NCBI RefSeq assembly: GCF_036321535.1
Contig: NC_087437.1
Coordinates: forward strand, 59,956,001-60,020,000
DNA from: Camelus dromedarius
Lineage: Eukaryota
DNA: 64,000 bases
Direction: 5' to 3'
The notes below the pieces were generated by a model. It did not search any database. It saw only the letters and a list, made by a program, of their open reading frames with translations, and was not told where the DNA came from. Positions 37,555 to 50,850 of the stretch are shown one piece after another (the first letter of the stretch is position 1; every line of letters begins with the position of its first letter). Both the position numbers and the translations under genes were made by a program.

Positions 37555-38710
37555 AAATCCAGAAATATACCCACACACTTACAGTCAATTAATCTTCAAC
37601 AAAGGAGGTAAGACTATATAATGGAGAAAAGACAGCCTCTTCAGTAAGTGGTGTTGGGAAAGCTGGACAGCTGCATGTAAATCAATGAAGTTATTTAGGA
37701 CACTCTCTGACACCATACATAAAAATAAATTCAAAATGGCTTAAAGATTTAAACATAAGATAAGACACTAGAAAACCTAGAAGAAATAATTGGCAAAACA
37801 TTCTCTGACATAAATCTCAGCAATGTTCTCCTAGGGCAGTCTACCAAGGCAATAGAAATAAAGCAAAAATAAACAAGTGGGCACAAGGAACTATATTCAA
37901 TGCACAGGAAACTATACTCAAGATCTTGTAATAACTTAGGATGAAAAAGAATATGAAAACAAATATATGTATGACTGAAGCATTATGCTGTATACCAGAA
38001 ATTGATACAACATTGTAGACTGACTGTACTTCAATAAAATATATATATACAAAAATAAATAAACAAATGGGACCTAATTAAATTATAAGCTTTTGCACAC
38101 TAAAGCAAACCATAAACAAAACAAAAAGACAACCTATGGAATGGGAGAAAATATTTGCAAACAATGCAACTGATAAGAGCTTAATTTCCAGAATATACAA
38201 ATAGCTCATACAAGTCAACAACAACAACAAAATCAATCCAAAAATGGGCCAAAGACCTAGACAAACATCTCTCCAATGAAGACATACAAATGGCCAACAG
38301 GCACATTAAAAGATGCTCAATATCGCTAATTATCAGACAAATGCAAATCAAAACTACAATGAGGTATCACCTCTCACCAGCCAGAATGGCCATCATTAAA
38401 AAGTCCACAAACGATAAATGCTGGAGAGAATGTGGAGAAAAGGGAACCCTCCTACACTGCTGGTGGGAATGTAGTTTGGTGCAGCCATTATGGAAAACAG
38501 TATGGAGATTCCTCAAAAAACTAAGAACACACTTACCATATAATCCAGCAGTTTCATTCTTGGGTATATATCCAGAGGGAACTCTAATTTGAAAAGATAT
38601 ACGCACCCCAATGTTCACAGCAGCATTATTTACAACAGCTTCTATGTCTATCTCAAGACATAGAAGCAACCTAAATGTCCATCAACAAATGACTGGATAA
38701 AGAAATTGTG

Positions 38711-38759
<49 letters not shown>

Positions 38760-39208
38760 AATACTACTCAGCCATGAAAAAGAATGTAATAATGCCATTT
38801 ACGGCAATACGGATGGACCTGGGGATTGTCATACTAAGTGAAGTATGCCACAAGGAGAAAGAAAAACACCATATGATATCATTTATATGTGGAATCTTTA
38901 AAAATGACACAAATGAACTATTTACAAAACAGAAAAGGATTCACAGACATACAGAACAAGCTTATGGTTGGGGGGAGGGGTAGAAGGATAAACTGGGTGT
39001 TTGGGATTTGCAGATACTAACTACTATATACAAAATAGACAATAAGGTCCTACTGTATATACTGTATAGCATATTCAATAACTTGTAATAGCTTGTAATG
39101 AAAAAAATACATAAAGGAATATATACGTATAACTGAATCACTATGCTATACACCAGAAACTAACATGTTATAATACTTCAATTTTAAAAAAGGCAAAAAA
39201 AAAAAAAA
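37555..39208 (+). mobile_element. 5'-truncated L1 containing a nested L1 tail (37882-38056)
   Basis: ORF 38290..38592 is the L1 ORF2 C-terminal cysteine-rich region ([19 protein letters not shown]); 3'UTR and poly(A). Confidence 0.95.
38713..38756. repeat. (CA)n microsatellite within L1
   Basis: Directly visible. Confidence 0.97.
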
Positions 39209-39636
39209 GATTTGCTCTCAAATCTTAAACACATATATAAACAGCTCAAAGAATACAGCAGTCTTTAACAGTGGCAATTGATTAGAGAAAGGGGATATAT
39301 TTGTATCTTAAAAGAAACAGCCATATATAGAATGATGACTTGTACTTCTTCTTGAAATAATTGCTTAAAACCTTACAAAGGCACAACTTACAGGAAAAAA
39401 CTAACTTTTATGAGTATGTGCATCATTGATATTAAAGTTCACTATTATAGAATGGGAAATAACATGTATGTATTTCTCTCTCACACATACACACACATTT
39501 TAGATTCACCCAATTAAAAAGTTGATAAATCAAAGTCAGAAAATTCCAATTTAAGAAATTTTATAAAATATTGTCACTAAAGAAAAGTACTAAAACATGA
39601 ACATGGTCACAGTAACACCCACTTACTGACACTTAC

Positions 39637-39690
39637 TGTATGAAAATTTATCATTTCTTGAAGACTGTCAGAAAACTTGGTCAAACTTGT
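39637..39690 (-). CDS. ACAP2: ACAP2 exon 4 (54 nt; TSLTKFSDSLQEMINFHT)
   Basis: In-frame continuation of exon 3; tcatag acceptor, ACA|gtaagt donor. Confidence 0.96.
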
Positions 39691-40489
39691 CTATGAGAAA
39701 GAAACCAAAAGAAAGCCAAGTCATTTAACATACACTAAAACAGGCCACAAAAATGCTATTTCAGCATTTCTGACAGAAAGATCAAGTTACATTGTAAACA
39801 ATAACATTTATTTCCAAGAACAGCCTCACTACCTCATGGGCACACTCTGCAGAGAGGTCAAGTCTACATGTAGTAACACAAAGCCCTAGAACAAAGAATT
39901 AGACTGCCCTATCAATACTTCTATACTAACAAACTGAAATGGCATATATAAACCTAAAGGTAAAACTGAGTGTATCAAGACTTCCCAGTTAGGCATCTGT
40001 AGATCAAATAATCATCAAATTACACCCAGTTCTTTCACCAGTTGTTATTCCTCATAAAAGAAATATAGCACCACATAGTATAGCAAGGGTAGATCTAAGC
40101 TAACCCAGCACAGCTAGTTGACCAGACCTTTCCAATGCAGCCCCCAATAAGGAGTTAGGTACTATTCTTACATTAATGTTCTCTACTTGCCCCTATAAGC
40201 AGCTACTAGTAAGCATGATCCTACTCTCCCTGCTCAGGTCCTCTTGAAGATGCTTCATCTTACGTAGCACCAAGTACAGTACTCTTGCTTACTTAATATT
40301 CACAATGCAAATCAACCATCAACTTCTAACTATTCTAGAAAACAGGATTATATAAGACAGCACCAACTGGTGATAGCTTTTCCACTTCTAATTTTAAGGC
40401 CCACTATCACTGTTAATAAGGCAAATGGATGTATAATTCTTTAACATCTTGTTGCAGTTATCATTTAAACCAGTTTTAATAATACTAAC

Positions 40490-40609
40490 CTCAACTACAG
40501 CATCATTGCTAGAATACTGTGCCAGGTCTCGAATCCCATTCATGAACTGTTTATTTGCAACACAAAAGGCTTTTCCAGTATCAATCATCGCAATACAAAG
40601 CTTCACAAG
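40490..40609 (-). CDS. ACAP2: ACAP2 exon 3 (120 nt; LVKLCIAMIDTGKAFCVANKQFMNGIRDLAQYSSNDAVVE)
   Basis: Overlaps ORF 40394..40606; tttcag acceptor, GAG|gttagt donor. Confidence 0.97.
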
Positions 40610-40919
40610 CTGAAAAAGAAAAACATTGTATCACTGAAAATAATTTTACAAATTACTTAGTTGAACAAGTGTTAGCAGTTACCACATGAGTTAGCCTAGT
40701 TAAGATAAATTACGGTCATCAATAAACCCAAAATAGACTAATTGAAAATTGTTCCTTTTTTCCTCTTGGTTAGAAAGTAAATTCATGGGACAGCTGTACC
40801 AAAAAAGTTGATCTTCCAGGTAGAAGCTGTCTAATAACAACAACAACAACAAATCATTTTATCAAGTTAAATTCAATCTCACAAATAAACTCCACAAAAA
40901 TGTTTAAAGCACGTCTTAC

Positions 40920-40953
<34 letters not shown>

Positions 40954-41549
40954 TAAAGAAGGAAAAAAGTGAAACTTTAGGCTGAGCAAGAAATATAATT
41001 TTTAAAAATCTTTAAAAAAAAAAAACTGTGATATGCTGGAGGAAAGGGAAGTAAACTGGTATGGTGGGTTAGTCATGCCGGTCATCAGACTATCAAAGCA
41101 AATGTCTGAATTGATTAATCAACCATATTTCTCCAATGTCTACCATTCTAGGCACTGCACTAAGTCTTACAACTGAGCTTTTCTCTCTCTCTTTCATCTT
41201 TCTCTTCTTCCCCTTTCATTCCTGTTTTCCCTCTCTTTTTTTCTGTTACTTCTTTCTCTCACACAGACACAGAACATTTTCTTTAATCAAACAAAATCTT
41301 GGGTGAAAGTCAAACATAAACAAGATAAAAATGGAGGTGTTCCAGATGAAGAAGAAGAGGGTAATGAGGGGGTGGGAAAAGGGACCATCAAGAAGAGGAT
41401 AAAGAGCCCAGAAAAACTTAGAAAACACCCAAAGGGTCTTGGGAGTATAATTTAAACTGTTACCCTAGAACCTGGATCAACAAAAGTGAAAACCTTAATA
41501 ATCTGTTCTAATTCTAATAATTAGACAAGCAGATAAATTCTATATAGCA

Positions 41550-42690
41550 CAACTGCTATGTTCATCAAAACCATACAAGAGGAAACAGAGGAAGAACATC
41601 TAAGCAGGACTGTGGCGATCAAGGAAGGATTCCTGGAAAGATAACACTTGAGAAAAGCCTTGAAGACCAATAGGAATTGGCCAACCAGTTACGGGTAATT
41701 AAGAAGACACTACTCCAGGAAAAGCATGTGCTAAGGCCCAGAAGCTTAGAGGGGAGGGCAAACCAGAGGCACTCAGTAGCTTAGTGCAGTGTGAAAATGT
41801 ATACAAGGGCCAAATCAGGAAAACTCTTGTGCACAATGCTAAGGTGTTCACATTTTACATAAAAGGAATCGGGAAACAACAAAGACATTAAATGAGTGAG
41901 CTGACCAGAGTTCCATTTTAGAATAATGATCTAAAAGAAGAAAAAATAAAGACAAGGAAGAATAAAGGAGATTAGACTAAAAACCACATGACCCTGAATT
42001 TAAGCAGTAAGCAGGAAGAGAAGAGAGACAACAAATTAAAAAAATTAGTTGAGCACCTGTGTACAGTTATGTAGCGTCCTACTAAAGGGAAAAGTAGGGG
42101 CTGAAATCCAGCCTGAGCTCTGCTTGTTGAGGGCTACATCTGCCACAAGATGCTAATTTGCACCAAGACACTACACTGTCCAGCAGAGACTTGTTTTGAC
42201 AACACTGGGCCCATGAGGTAGACCTGAGTAAGATGGGTCTGTGAAATAAGTCAAGTGGAAAATCTATCAAATCCAAGTGAAAATAAATGTTTAAAACTCA
42301 AAAAAGAGAAGAGTGCTGTAGATACAGACACAGGAGTCATCAACAAATAAACGTAAGTGTCAGCGCTACGGTGCTATAGCCTAGACAAAAAGCAGAGGTC
42401 AGAGTGTGTAGAGTGAGGACCTCACAAAGGCGGCTGAAGAGGAAGAGGGAAAGGTAGGAGGTAAAAGCAAGAGATAACTTCATCAAAGTCAAGAAAAAAT
42501 AAAGTATCAGAAGATAGATGACTAACAGTTGAACATCCATAAAGGTCAAGTTTTAAAAACACTTAAAAAACCGTCTACTGAGTTTGGTGACAAATAATCA
42601 CAAGCATCCCTGGCAAGAATAATTTTAAGAGAAACTGAGGGGCTGTAGCCAGATTACAGCAAGTTACGAACTGCTAGATGAAGAAGACAT
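41550..42690 (-). mobile_element. LINE-2 fragments
   Basis: Degenerate antisense L2 3'-region motifs (aaggaaggattcctggaaag, ccattttagaataatgatc, gtagccagatta); boundaries approximate. Confidence 0.55.
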
Positions 42691-43029
42691 AATGATAGCT
42701 CAATTACTTCCCAACATACATTCTATGGAATATCCCCCAGGAACATTCTGTACCAAAATAAGAATTCTGTGATCAAATTAAGTCTAGGAAACTCAGATTA
42801 AACAGATTTCTTAATTTTCTTTATTTCTTTTAAGAGCTTTTGATATATTAATGTGTGCTGTGAATTCTAGGCATAATATGCAGCATTTCTCAAAAACACT
42901 TGACATGGAATTCTCTTTAAAGGAAGCATTCTCATAGGACCAATGTTCCTCAAAACCCACTATGAGAAATGCTGGCAGAGACTAGTCTTTCAGTTTGCTA
43001 TTTGCAAAAAAAAATCAGATATCTTTAAA

Positions 43030-44450
43030 AATCAGAAAAACTAATTCTAAAACATGCAAGAAGAACAGGAGGAAAAATTGAAAAAGAATAAGAGGTAGGG
43101 ATATTGGCCTTTTATGTTATTAAAATATACAGGTGTAGTAACTAAAGGTCTGGTAATGGATGTGAATAGACAGATTGGTCAATGGAAGAGAATAGAGTCA
43201 AAAACAGATACAAATATGCAATACTTGAGTAAAGTAACACTCCAGCCAGTGTGGGTAAAAAAAATATCCAATATATAACACAGGGACCATGGATAGCCAA
43301 CTAAAGGGGAAAAAATAAAGAAACTAAATTGTATTCTAAACCTCCAAATTAATTTCAGATGGAATAAATATTTAAACATAAAATATTACATCAAAAACTA
43401 AGAGGAAACAGGTTTTATAATCTCAAAGTAGAAAAAGGCTTCCTGAGAAGGATGCAAAACTCAAAAGCCATAGACGAAACTGATCAATTCAAATACATAA
43501 CAACTAAACATTTATACAAGGGGAAAAAAAATTAAGTCAAAAAACAAATGACAATATTGGTAAACAATATCAGCAACAAATTGCAAGAGACTAATTTCCC
43601 TGGTGTAAGAAAGGGTATACAGCTCATCATTGAAAATCCAACCAGCCACTAGAAAAAACAATTGACAGACATATACAGTTAATTCCCAGAAAAGGTAATT
43701 CAAATATACCTAATGCTCATGAAAAGAAATTCAATTTCACTCATAATAAAAGAAATGTAAATTACTATTTTTAACAGAACAGCCAAAGTCAAAAAGTATG
43801 ATTACATGCTGTTTTAGAGAAGGTAGGTATAGGGGAACAGGCACTCTCACCCACTGCTGGTGGGAGTATGAATTGGTACAATTTCTATGGAAGGCAACTT
43901 AGCAAGAGCCATTAAAAATTTTAAACACACATACCCTCTAACCTAGTGATTTCACTTTTACAAATCATACATATAGAAATCATACAGGCATATTCACACA
44001 TAAAGTACATGACACACATATAAAGTCATTTATTGAAGCTGCAATAAAACACTGGTAGTAATTTAAGTGTCTATCAATAGGCAACTGGATAAATAAATTA
44101 TGATATATCCATAAAATGAAATATAATCAGCCATTAAAAGGAATAAGGCAGCTCTATAATTAATGACAAGGAATAAAATCTAAACTATATACTTTAAAAA
44201 AGCAAAATTAGGATAATGCTAATATTTTTGTTGGGGTGGGGAGATAAGAGTAGAAAATACATATAATCTCTTATATGCTAAAAAAACCTTCTGGAAGGAC
44301 AGACAATTAACTAGTTCAGTGTTCTCCTCTAGAAGACAGATTACAAGATGGCTAATTTTTCACTGGGTACACTTTTGCACGTTTGAATTTTGTACAGCAT
44401 GGGTGGTATTTGCTTATTCAACAAATTAAATAATTCAAAAATAATTAAAT
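43030..44450 (+). mobile_element. Old L1 (L1M-type) 3' region
   Basis: ggtcaatggaagagaatagagtc, aacaggcactctcacccactgctggtgggagt, ggataaataaattatgatatatccat. Confidence 0.8.
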
Positions 44451-45314
44451 TGAAAATTTCCAGAAAAACAGAAAAAGAGAGCTTGTTATAGTATAACATC
44501 ATGGTTAAAAACAGAGGTTTCTAGGCTCAGTTAGCTTAGGTTCAAATCCTTCTGCCATACTTAACACTCTAAAGTGATTCTGAGTGACCTTCACCTCAAG
44601 AAGCTTCTTCTATATGATATGATAACGATGGCACTAAATGATATAAGGTTACTATAAAAGATAATGCACATAAAGATCCTAGCTCAAACTGTTACTGGCA
44701 CATGATGATTACTCAGTGAAGATTTGCAATTCCTTGTCAGAAGTGAGATTCTCTTTTGTTTTCATTCAAGAGAAATAAACATTTTTGTCTACTTAAAGAG
44801 GTGGTAGAGAAGGGAAAGAGAAATACCGAAAGCAAAGTTCTAACAAGTTAGAGTTTGGGACTGCATAGGAAAAGGGATATTTCTGTCACTCAAATGGGGG
44901 GTCGGGAATTGAATAAGGACAGACTGTTGAGTTTCTAGATTAAAAACAAGAAATAAAAGGGTTTCCACCAAAAGGAAGGAAGAGTCAAGGTCCTCTACTA
45001 AGAATGAAGAAAAAGGTGGTAAGTCTTTAGAAAACAGTTACATATAAGGGCTGCTAAAGACAGTAAGATAACCTGATTAAATCTTGCAAAAATTGCTTCA
45101 CATCAAGAATTCCTGGAATGGGTAGTTCCACCAATTGGTTTCAGCAATTGTGTACCTTCTTCTGCAGGGCTTTACAGCCCAGATATGGGTCAGAGAATAC
45201 AGATGGTTAGACAAATATTGTCAGAATTCTACAGGTCTTATGGAAGGAAAATGAAGGTCTCCAGAAGAGAAATGATGATGTAATAAAATTAAGAGTAGAC
45301 TGGAAGGGTTCACA

Positions 45315-45775
45315 GCAGTATTATTCATAATAGCTGAAAAGAGGAAACAACCCAAATACCCAATGAATGAATGAACAAAATATGGTACATGCATTCATAT
45401 TATTCAGTCATAAAAAAGGAAATACTGAAAGATGTTACAACATAGACGGATAAACCTTAAAAATATTATGCTAAGTGAAAGAAGCCAGTCACAAAAAGCC
45501 AAATATTGTATGAGTCTATTTATATGAAATGTCCAGAATTGGCAAATCCAGAGACAGAAAGTAAATTCATAGTTGCCAGAGGATGTAGGGAGAAGGAAAT
45601 TGGAAGTGACTGCTAACGTGTGCAGAGTTTCTTTTTAGGATAATGGGAATGTTGTGGAAGTAAGCAGTGAAAAGAGTTGCATAACACTGTGAATATACTA
45701 AAACCACTGAATTGTACACTTTTAAAATGCTGGGTTTTATGTTAGGTGAATTTTATCTCGATAAAAAAATTCCCA
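45315..45775 (+). mobile_element. L1MB-like 3'UTR
   Basis: attatgctaagtgaaagaagccagtcacaaaa...ccactgaattgtacactttt. Confidence 0.85.
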
Positions 45776-46299
45776 AAAAAGTATACTAAAAAAGAAGTGA
45801 ATATAAAAGGGATCTGAAATTTTGGAAGTGGATAGACTGAAAGATTAGAGATCTACATACGCTTTGAAAAACAGAAACAGGAGGAGTGAAGATGAGAACT
45901 GGAAAGACTGGAGACTCACGTCAGAAAGGAAGAGATCATGAGCATTCCAGTTTCAGAGATTACGATTCTGAGTGATGAGGCAGAGCATTTGGCCAAGAAA
46001 ACAGGTATCAGAATTAGAATAGAGGTCACTATCACAGGAGATGGGAAGAAAATGAAACTGTCATATAGCTGAGCCACATATACACTGCGGGTATTCAGGA
46101 GGAAGGACTGTCTTGGTGATATATACTTTGCCAGCTATCAAATCCTTATTAGATGACAGTGATGACAGATATAACTGAATGATAACAAGCCTACAAAGAG
46201 GGAAGGTTTTTAACTAAGAGTAAAATGAGGGCTTTTCCCCCTTTAAAGACAAACTCTCTTCAAGGATCTCTATTAGTCTGTTGAAGAGATACCATCATC

Positions 46300-46525
46300 A
46301 TTAACATTTATTTAGAACTTACCATGTGCCAAAGTACTTAACATGGATTAACACATTTTATTCACATAGATATTCTTATTTTCTCCATTTTGGGGATGAA
46401 GAAACTGAGACACGGTCAGGTTTAGGAAATTTGCCCAAGGCCATCCAGCTTAGTAAGTGGTAAAGACCAGTTCAAATACGGACAGCCTTGCTCCAGGCTT
46501 TGAGCTCTTAACTACTACACTATGC
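46300..46525 (-). mobile_element. MIR SINE
   Basis: Core motif ctccattttggggatgaagaaactgagacac...tttgcccaaggccatccagcttagtaagtgg. Confidence 0.8.
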
Positions 46526-47869
46526 TACAAAATAAAAAATACAATATTATAGTAATTTAAATGGAAGTACAATATTAAAATGTAAGAAATGTAAAAAATG
46601 CAAGAAATAATGAAATACATGAAAAAGAATTGAAGTTTGGTAGTGTTTGAGTTGATATTTAAAGAATATTTGCTTAACAAACAAGGAGCAAGCATTCCGG
46701 TGACAAGATACAGATATTTCATCGTGATGCTCTATGATGCTGCCAATGCCAGAATACCAGGCAGAATGGATAAATAATTGGACCTAGTAAAATAATGCCA
46801 ATCATGAAGCATTAGTCACCAGAAAAAGTGTATACTGGTAGCATACATTACAAGCAAAATAAATATAAGCTAAGTCATCAAGCTAGTTAAACCTGTTGCT
46901 GGCATGATTTGCAATATTACAGGTAAACTTGCCCTGCATGAAGTTATGAAATCAGTATAGTCTTAGGCAACCCCTCCCCTCCACTAGTCCCTCAACACCA
47001 CCACTTTCAGTAACAAACACTTCTTGCTCCTCTCAGACTCTCTTCTCTAATTGTAACTCCTCATAATTCTAAAGTAAAAATGATCGACAATAGCTTAAGA
47101 ATTTGGGAAAGGTACATTATATAAAGGGTCAAGATCTCAAATTAGAGAAATATAAAAGTAACTATGGAAGCTCTATTTGGGTGGAAGATGATATTTTTCA
47201 AAGATGTCAAAGTTTCCATAATGACTTTAGTAGCCTTTCGGGTGATACAGACTCTAGAAAGCATTTAGAATTCTTAGTACTGAATGCAAATACTCTGATA
47301 ACTTGCTTTAGATTTGAATCTTTTGGTTTTACAACCAGTCTCCCAACCACAACCAAATGATATAAAGGAAAAAAAAATTGCTGCTCATAAAAGCAAAATT
47401 ATTAACAAAAATGCTGTTAGTGGATTCTGTTTAGATATTTTAATTTTTGAGGTCTCCCCAACACAAAGTACTGTTTGGTTTAGACACAGTTCTACCCAAA
47501 GAGAATAGATATCCTTATTGTGTCACTCTGTAATTCTTTAAAAGGTCTTGTCCTTCTATATACTCTCTTATAAATCTACCAGAAAATCAAAACTACATCT
47601 TCTGTTGGCTACCTCAATGGTTTAACTTGTTTAAAAAAATCCTTAAAAACAAATGTTAATACCTTAGGGTAAAATAATAGTAACAACAGCAATAACAATA
47701 ATCCCATACATCTAATTTTCAACAGAATATAAAGTATTTGAAAATAATATTCTTTAAAATACTATCCTCACCAAAAATTGTAACATTAGTTTTAAAACAC
47801 ACTTGCCTGGAAGCTTGCTAGGGTCCCTCAGAAAAATTCCAACTGGCATGTACTCCCCCAGCATGGATC

Positions 47870-48110
47870 CAGAAGTATAGTGGTGCACAAGTAGAGCACA
47901 GAACTAAGAACAAAACACATGGGTTCTAACCTGGTTCTGCCTTTTCTGACTCTGTGATTTGAGGCAAGTCTTCTTTGCTTCCAGGGCTTTGGTATCCTTG
48001 TCTATAAAGTGGGAATAGTACCTCTGTCCTACCTACCTCACAGGATTACTTGCAAAATTCCAAAAACATACTATATATCAAAGTGCTCTGAAAACTACAG
48101 TCACTACACA
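47870..48110 (+). mobile_element. MIR SINE
   Basis: gggttctaacctggttctgcc...tgtgatttgaggcaagtc...ctataaagtgggaatagt...cctacctcacagg. Confidence 0.75.
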
Positions 48111-49156
48111 AAAATAATTTATCACTAAACATTTTCTAAAATTTTGTTTTGTTTTACGTATACAACTAATACTACTCCTTTACATAGTTTCTAAATATTT
48201 ACATTATGTACAAATATTTCATGATTTCAAAACATTTGGAAATCATCTGTCTAATTAATGTATCTTATATCCTTGCTACTCAAAATGCACTCTATGGAAC
48301 AACAGCATTGGTTATCACCTAAAATGTGGTTAGAAATACAGAATCTGAGATACTGAGACTTTCTGAATCAGGATCTCTATTTTTCATCAGCTAAGAGCCC
48401 CAGGTATTCCTAAGCACAGTAAGGTCTGAGGAGCATTGCTTTACATAACAATTCCATTCACAATAATAATCATATAAATAAGAAATTATTTTCAGAAAAG
48501 GTATTTCAAATATACAAATCTGATTTATCTCCAGAAATTTTAAGAGCGACACTTCACTGAACAATGGTTACCAGAAGCCATGTCTTACTCATTCCCATAT
48601 TTCTTCCTGTTACACAGCAGATAACACTTCTTGGGTATAGGCAAAAAAAAAAAAAAAAAATTATCAATAATTAATACAAAAGATAGGAATCAATGTACAT
48701 CTACCCTTGCATAGAATATGACCATTTAATATCAATTATTAAATATATATTCAACATTTCTGGGATTATCTTTAAAAAATGGAATGAGTATATAAAATTT
48801 TATATTTGAACATGGCCACACCCAAATCTATAAATAAAAGTGGTCAGGTTATGTATGAAATCCATTAAGCATCGAAAAAGATAAGCTGCAATTTTCTGAT
48901 GGAGATGGAAACAAACTTCCAACAATATAAAAGACATCTAGTCAGACATGGTTTAAATTCCTGTTCTGGGACTTATATTAAATTTTCAACAAATTACTTA
49001 ATGTCTCTAGCCTCAACTTCCTCATATGCAAAATCAGGATAACATTCCCGCATTTACCCTCATAGAGATAAAAGAAGTCACGTGAACCATCTACGATTAT
49101 AGGCACAAATCACTACAGAAAACAAGAATTAATGTTCAAGGTGAAGTAAAATTTAC

Positions 49157-49214
49157 CTTATCAAGTTTCAGTTCCAATTCTGCCACATCGCCTTCTACTT
49201 CTTCCAAAGCAGCC
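49157..49214 (-). CDS. ACAP2: ACAP2 coding exon 2 (58 nt; (R)AALEEVEGDVAELELKLDK), BAR domain
   Basis: Reverse-complement translation matches the ACAP2 N-terminus as recalled; tcttag acceptor, AAG|gtaaat donor. Confidence 0.95.
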
Positions 49215-50753
49215 CTAAGAAAATTAAATATAAAGTTATTTTGTGTTTAAATGTATACTTTACTCTTGAAAAATAACTCCAAGTGAAAAAAAAGATATGA
49301 ATGCTTAAAAATTACACTTCACATAAAGTAATAACTACCTGAGAATGAAGTAGGAATATTTCATAATTATGCAGCACAACAAATAATACAGTTACTGTTC
49401 AAGGTAACGAGAGAACACATTAGGCTAATTTACTCAAAGCATTCATATTATTCAAATTAATAACACTAATTAGAACTATTAAGCATATGTTTTTAAAAAC
49501 GAGTAAGAAATCTTAAAAATTGAGCCTTACAACTCGGATTTGTACTCAACAAAGTAGCTGCAACCAAACAGCAAAGCATCCTTGGAAACCAAAAAGAAAG
49601 GCTTTTAGTTTTAGAAATAGTTCAGAAAGATATTATTACCCTTGTGTAACACACCATTTTGTTTCCAATGTATTTTTAAGAAATCAGCAGATGCTCTTTC
49701 TTGTCAGAGGAATGATAAAATGATAACACTAAGCAGTACTTGATACTCCCTGTAGGGCAACATTCTAAAACTAGAAAGTTGGAACAAAACAGCTGCAACT
49801 AAAACTTTTTAAGGATAACAAGATTTTATACCTATGAGTAAAAAATGCTATTCATCTCCTTTAAGCCATCCATCTATTCCATTTTCAGATAACTACTTGA
49901 TAACTAGCAATTTCACAATAGCTATTTTCTAATCAACCAAAATTTGTTTCAATTGAATAACATGGGGAACTACCTACCCAAAAAGCTATTTTGAACTCTG
50001 GGTAAGAAATTCTCAATTAGTTAAGAAGGGAAAAACAGCTAAGATATAAGCTCTATTCCCAAAACTACCCACTTAACCTCTGTGTGACCTCTTCAATAAT
50101 CATTTTTATCAGCTTGCAGCTCTACCTCTCTACCCAGTTACATTTATTGAAAAAACTGTTTTTAATCTCCAAAAAAAGAAAATTATAAATTATTCTCTAA
50201 AGAGATGACTATTCCATAAATGAGAGACTCTAGCATACAGTTCAAAAAAACAAGAGGTGCTATACTTCCACAGCACAGAAATAGAAATCCTTCTCCCCTA
50301 ACTAAAAGTCTGTCATTTCCTTCAACACTGTTTTCCAAATTACACATTGTTTCCTTAGTCTGGAAAATATTTCCCCTTCACATTAATCCTCATTCTCTTC
50401 ACCTGTCTATGTGCTACTCATCATTTAAAGCTTAATTCACAAAAGAAAACAAATATATTAGTACAAGGATATCCATTGTTTGTTAACAGATTGGAAACCT
50501 ATATGTCCAGCAAAAAGAAATAATGTAAATAAATGATGGTATATCCATCCCATTATGTGAGGCAGCAGGTTTCTAAATGAGAGTGATCTATATCTACTGA
50601 GATGAAAACATGTACATTATAGACTATCATATGGGGGAAAAAACAAGTTACAAAATTATAGACAGTGTGAGTCCAGTTTGGGGCGGGGGTATACACATAA
50701 GAAAAAATCCAGAAGCATATTTACCACCTGCTAATTATAGTAAAGAATGAAGT

Positions 50754-50850
50754 TATGTTCATGCATAACTGAAAAATAGTGCTCTACACTGGAATTTGAC
50801 ACAACATTGTAAAATGACTGTAAGTCAATAAAAAAAATGTTAAAAAAAAA
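50754..50850 (+). mobile_element. 97-bp young L1 tail insertion
   Basis: Perfect 12-bp TSD aaagaatgaagt (50742-50753 / 50851-50862), AATAAA and poly(A). Confidence 0.9.
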
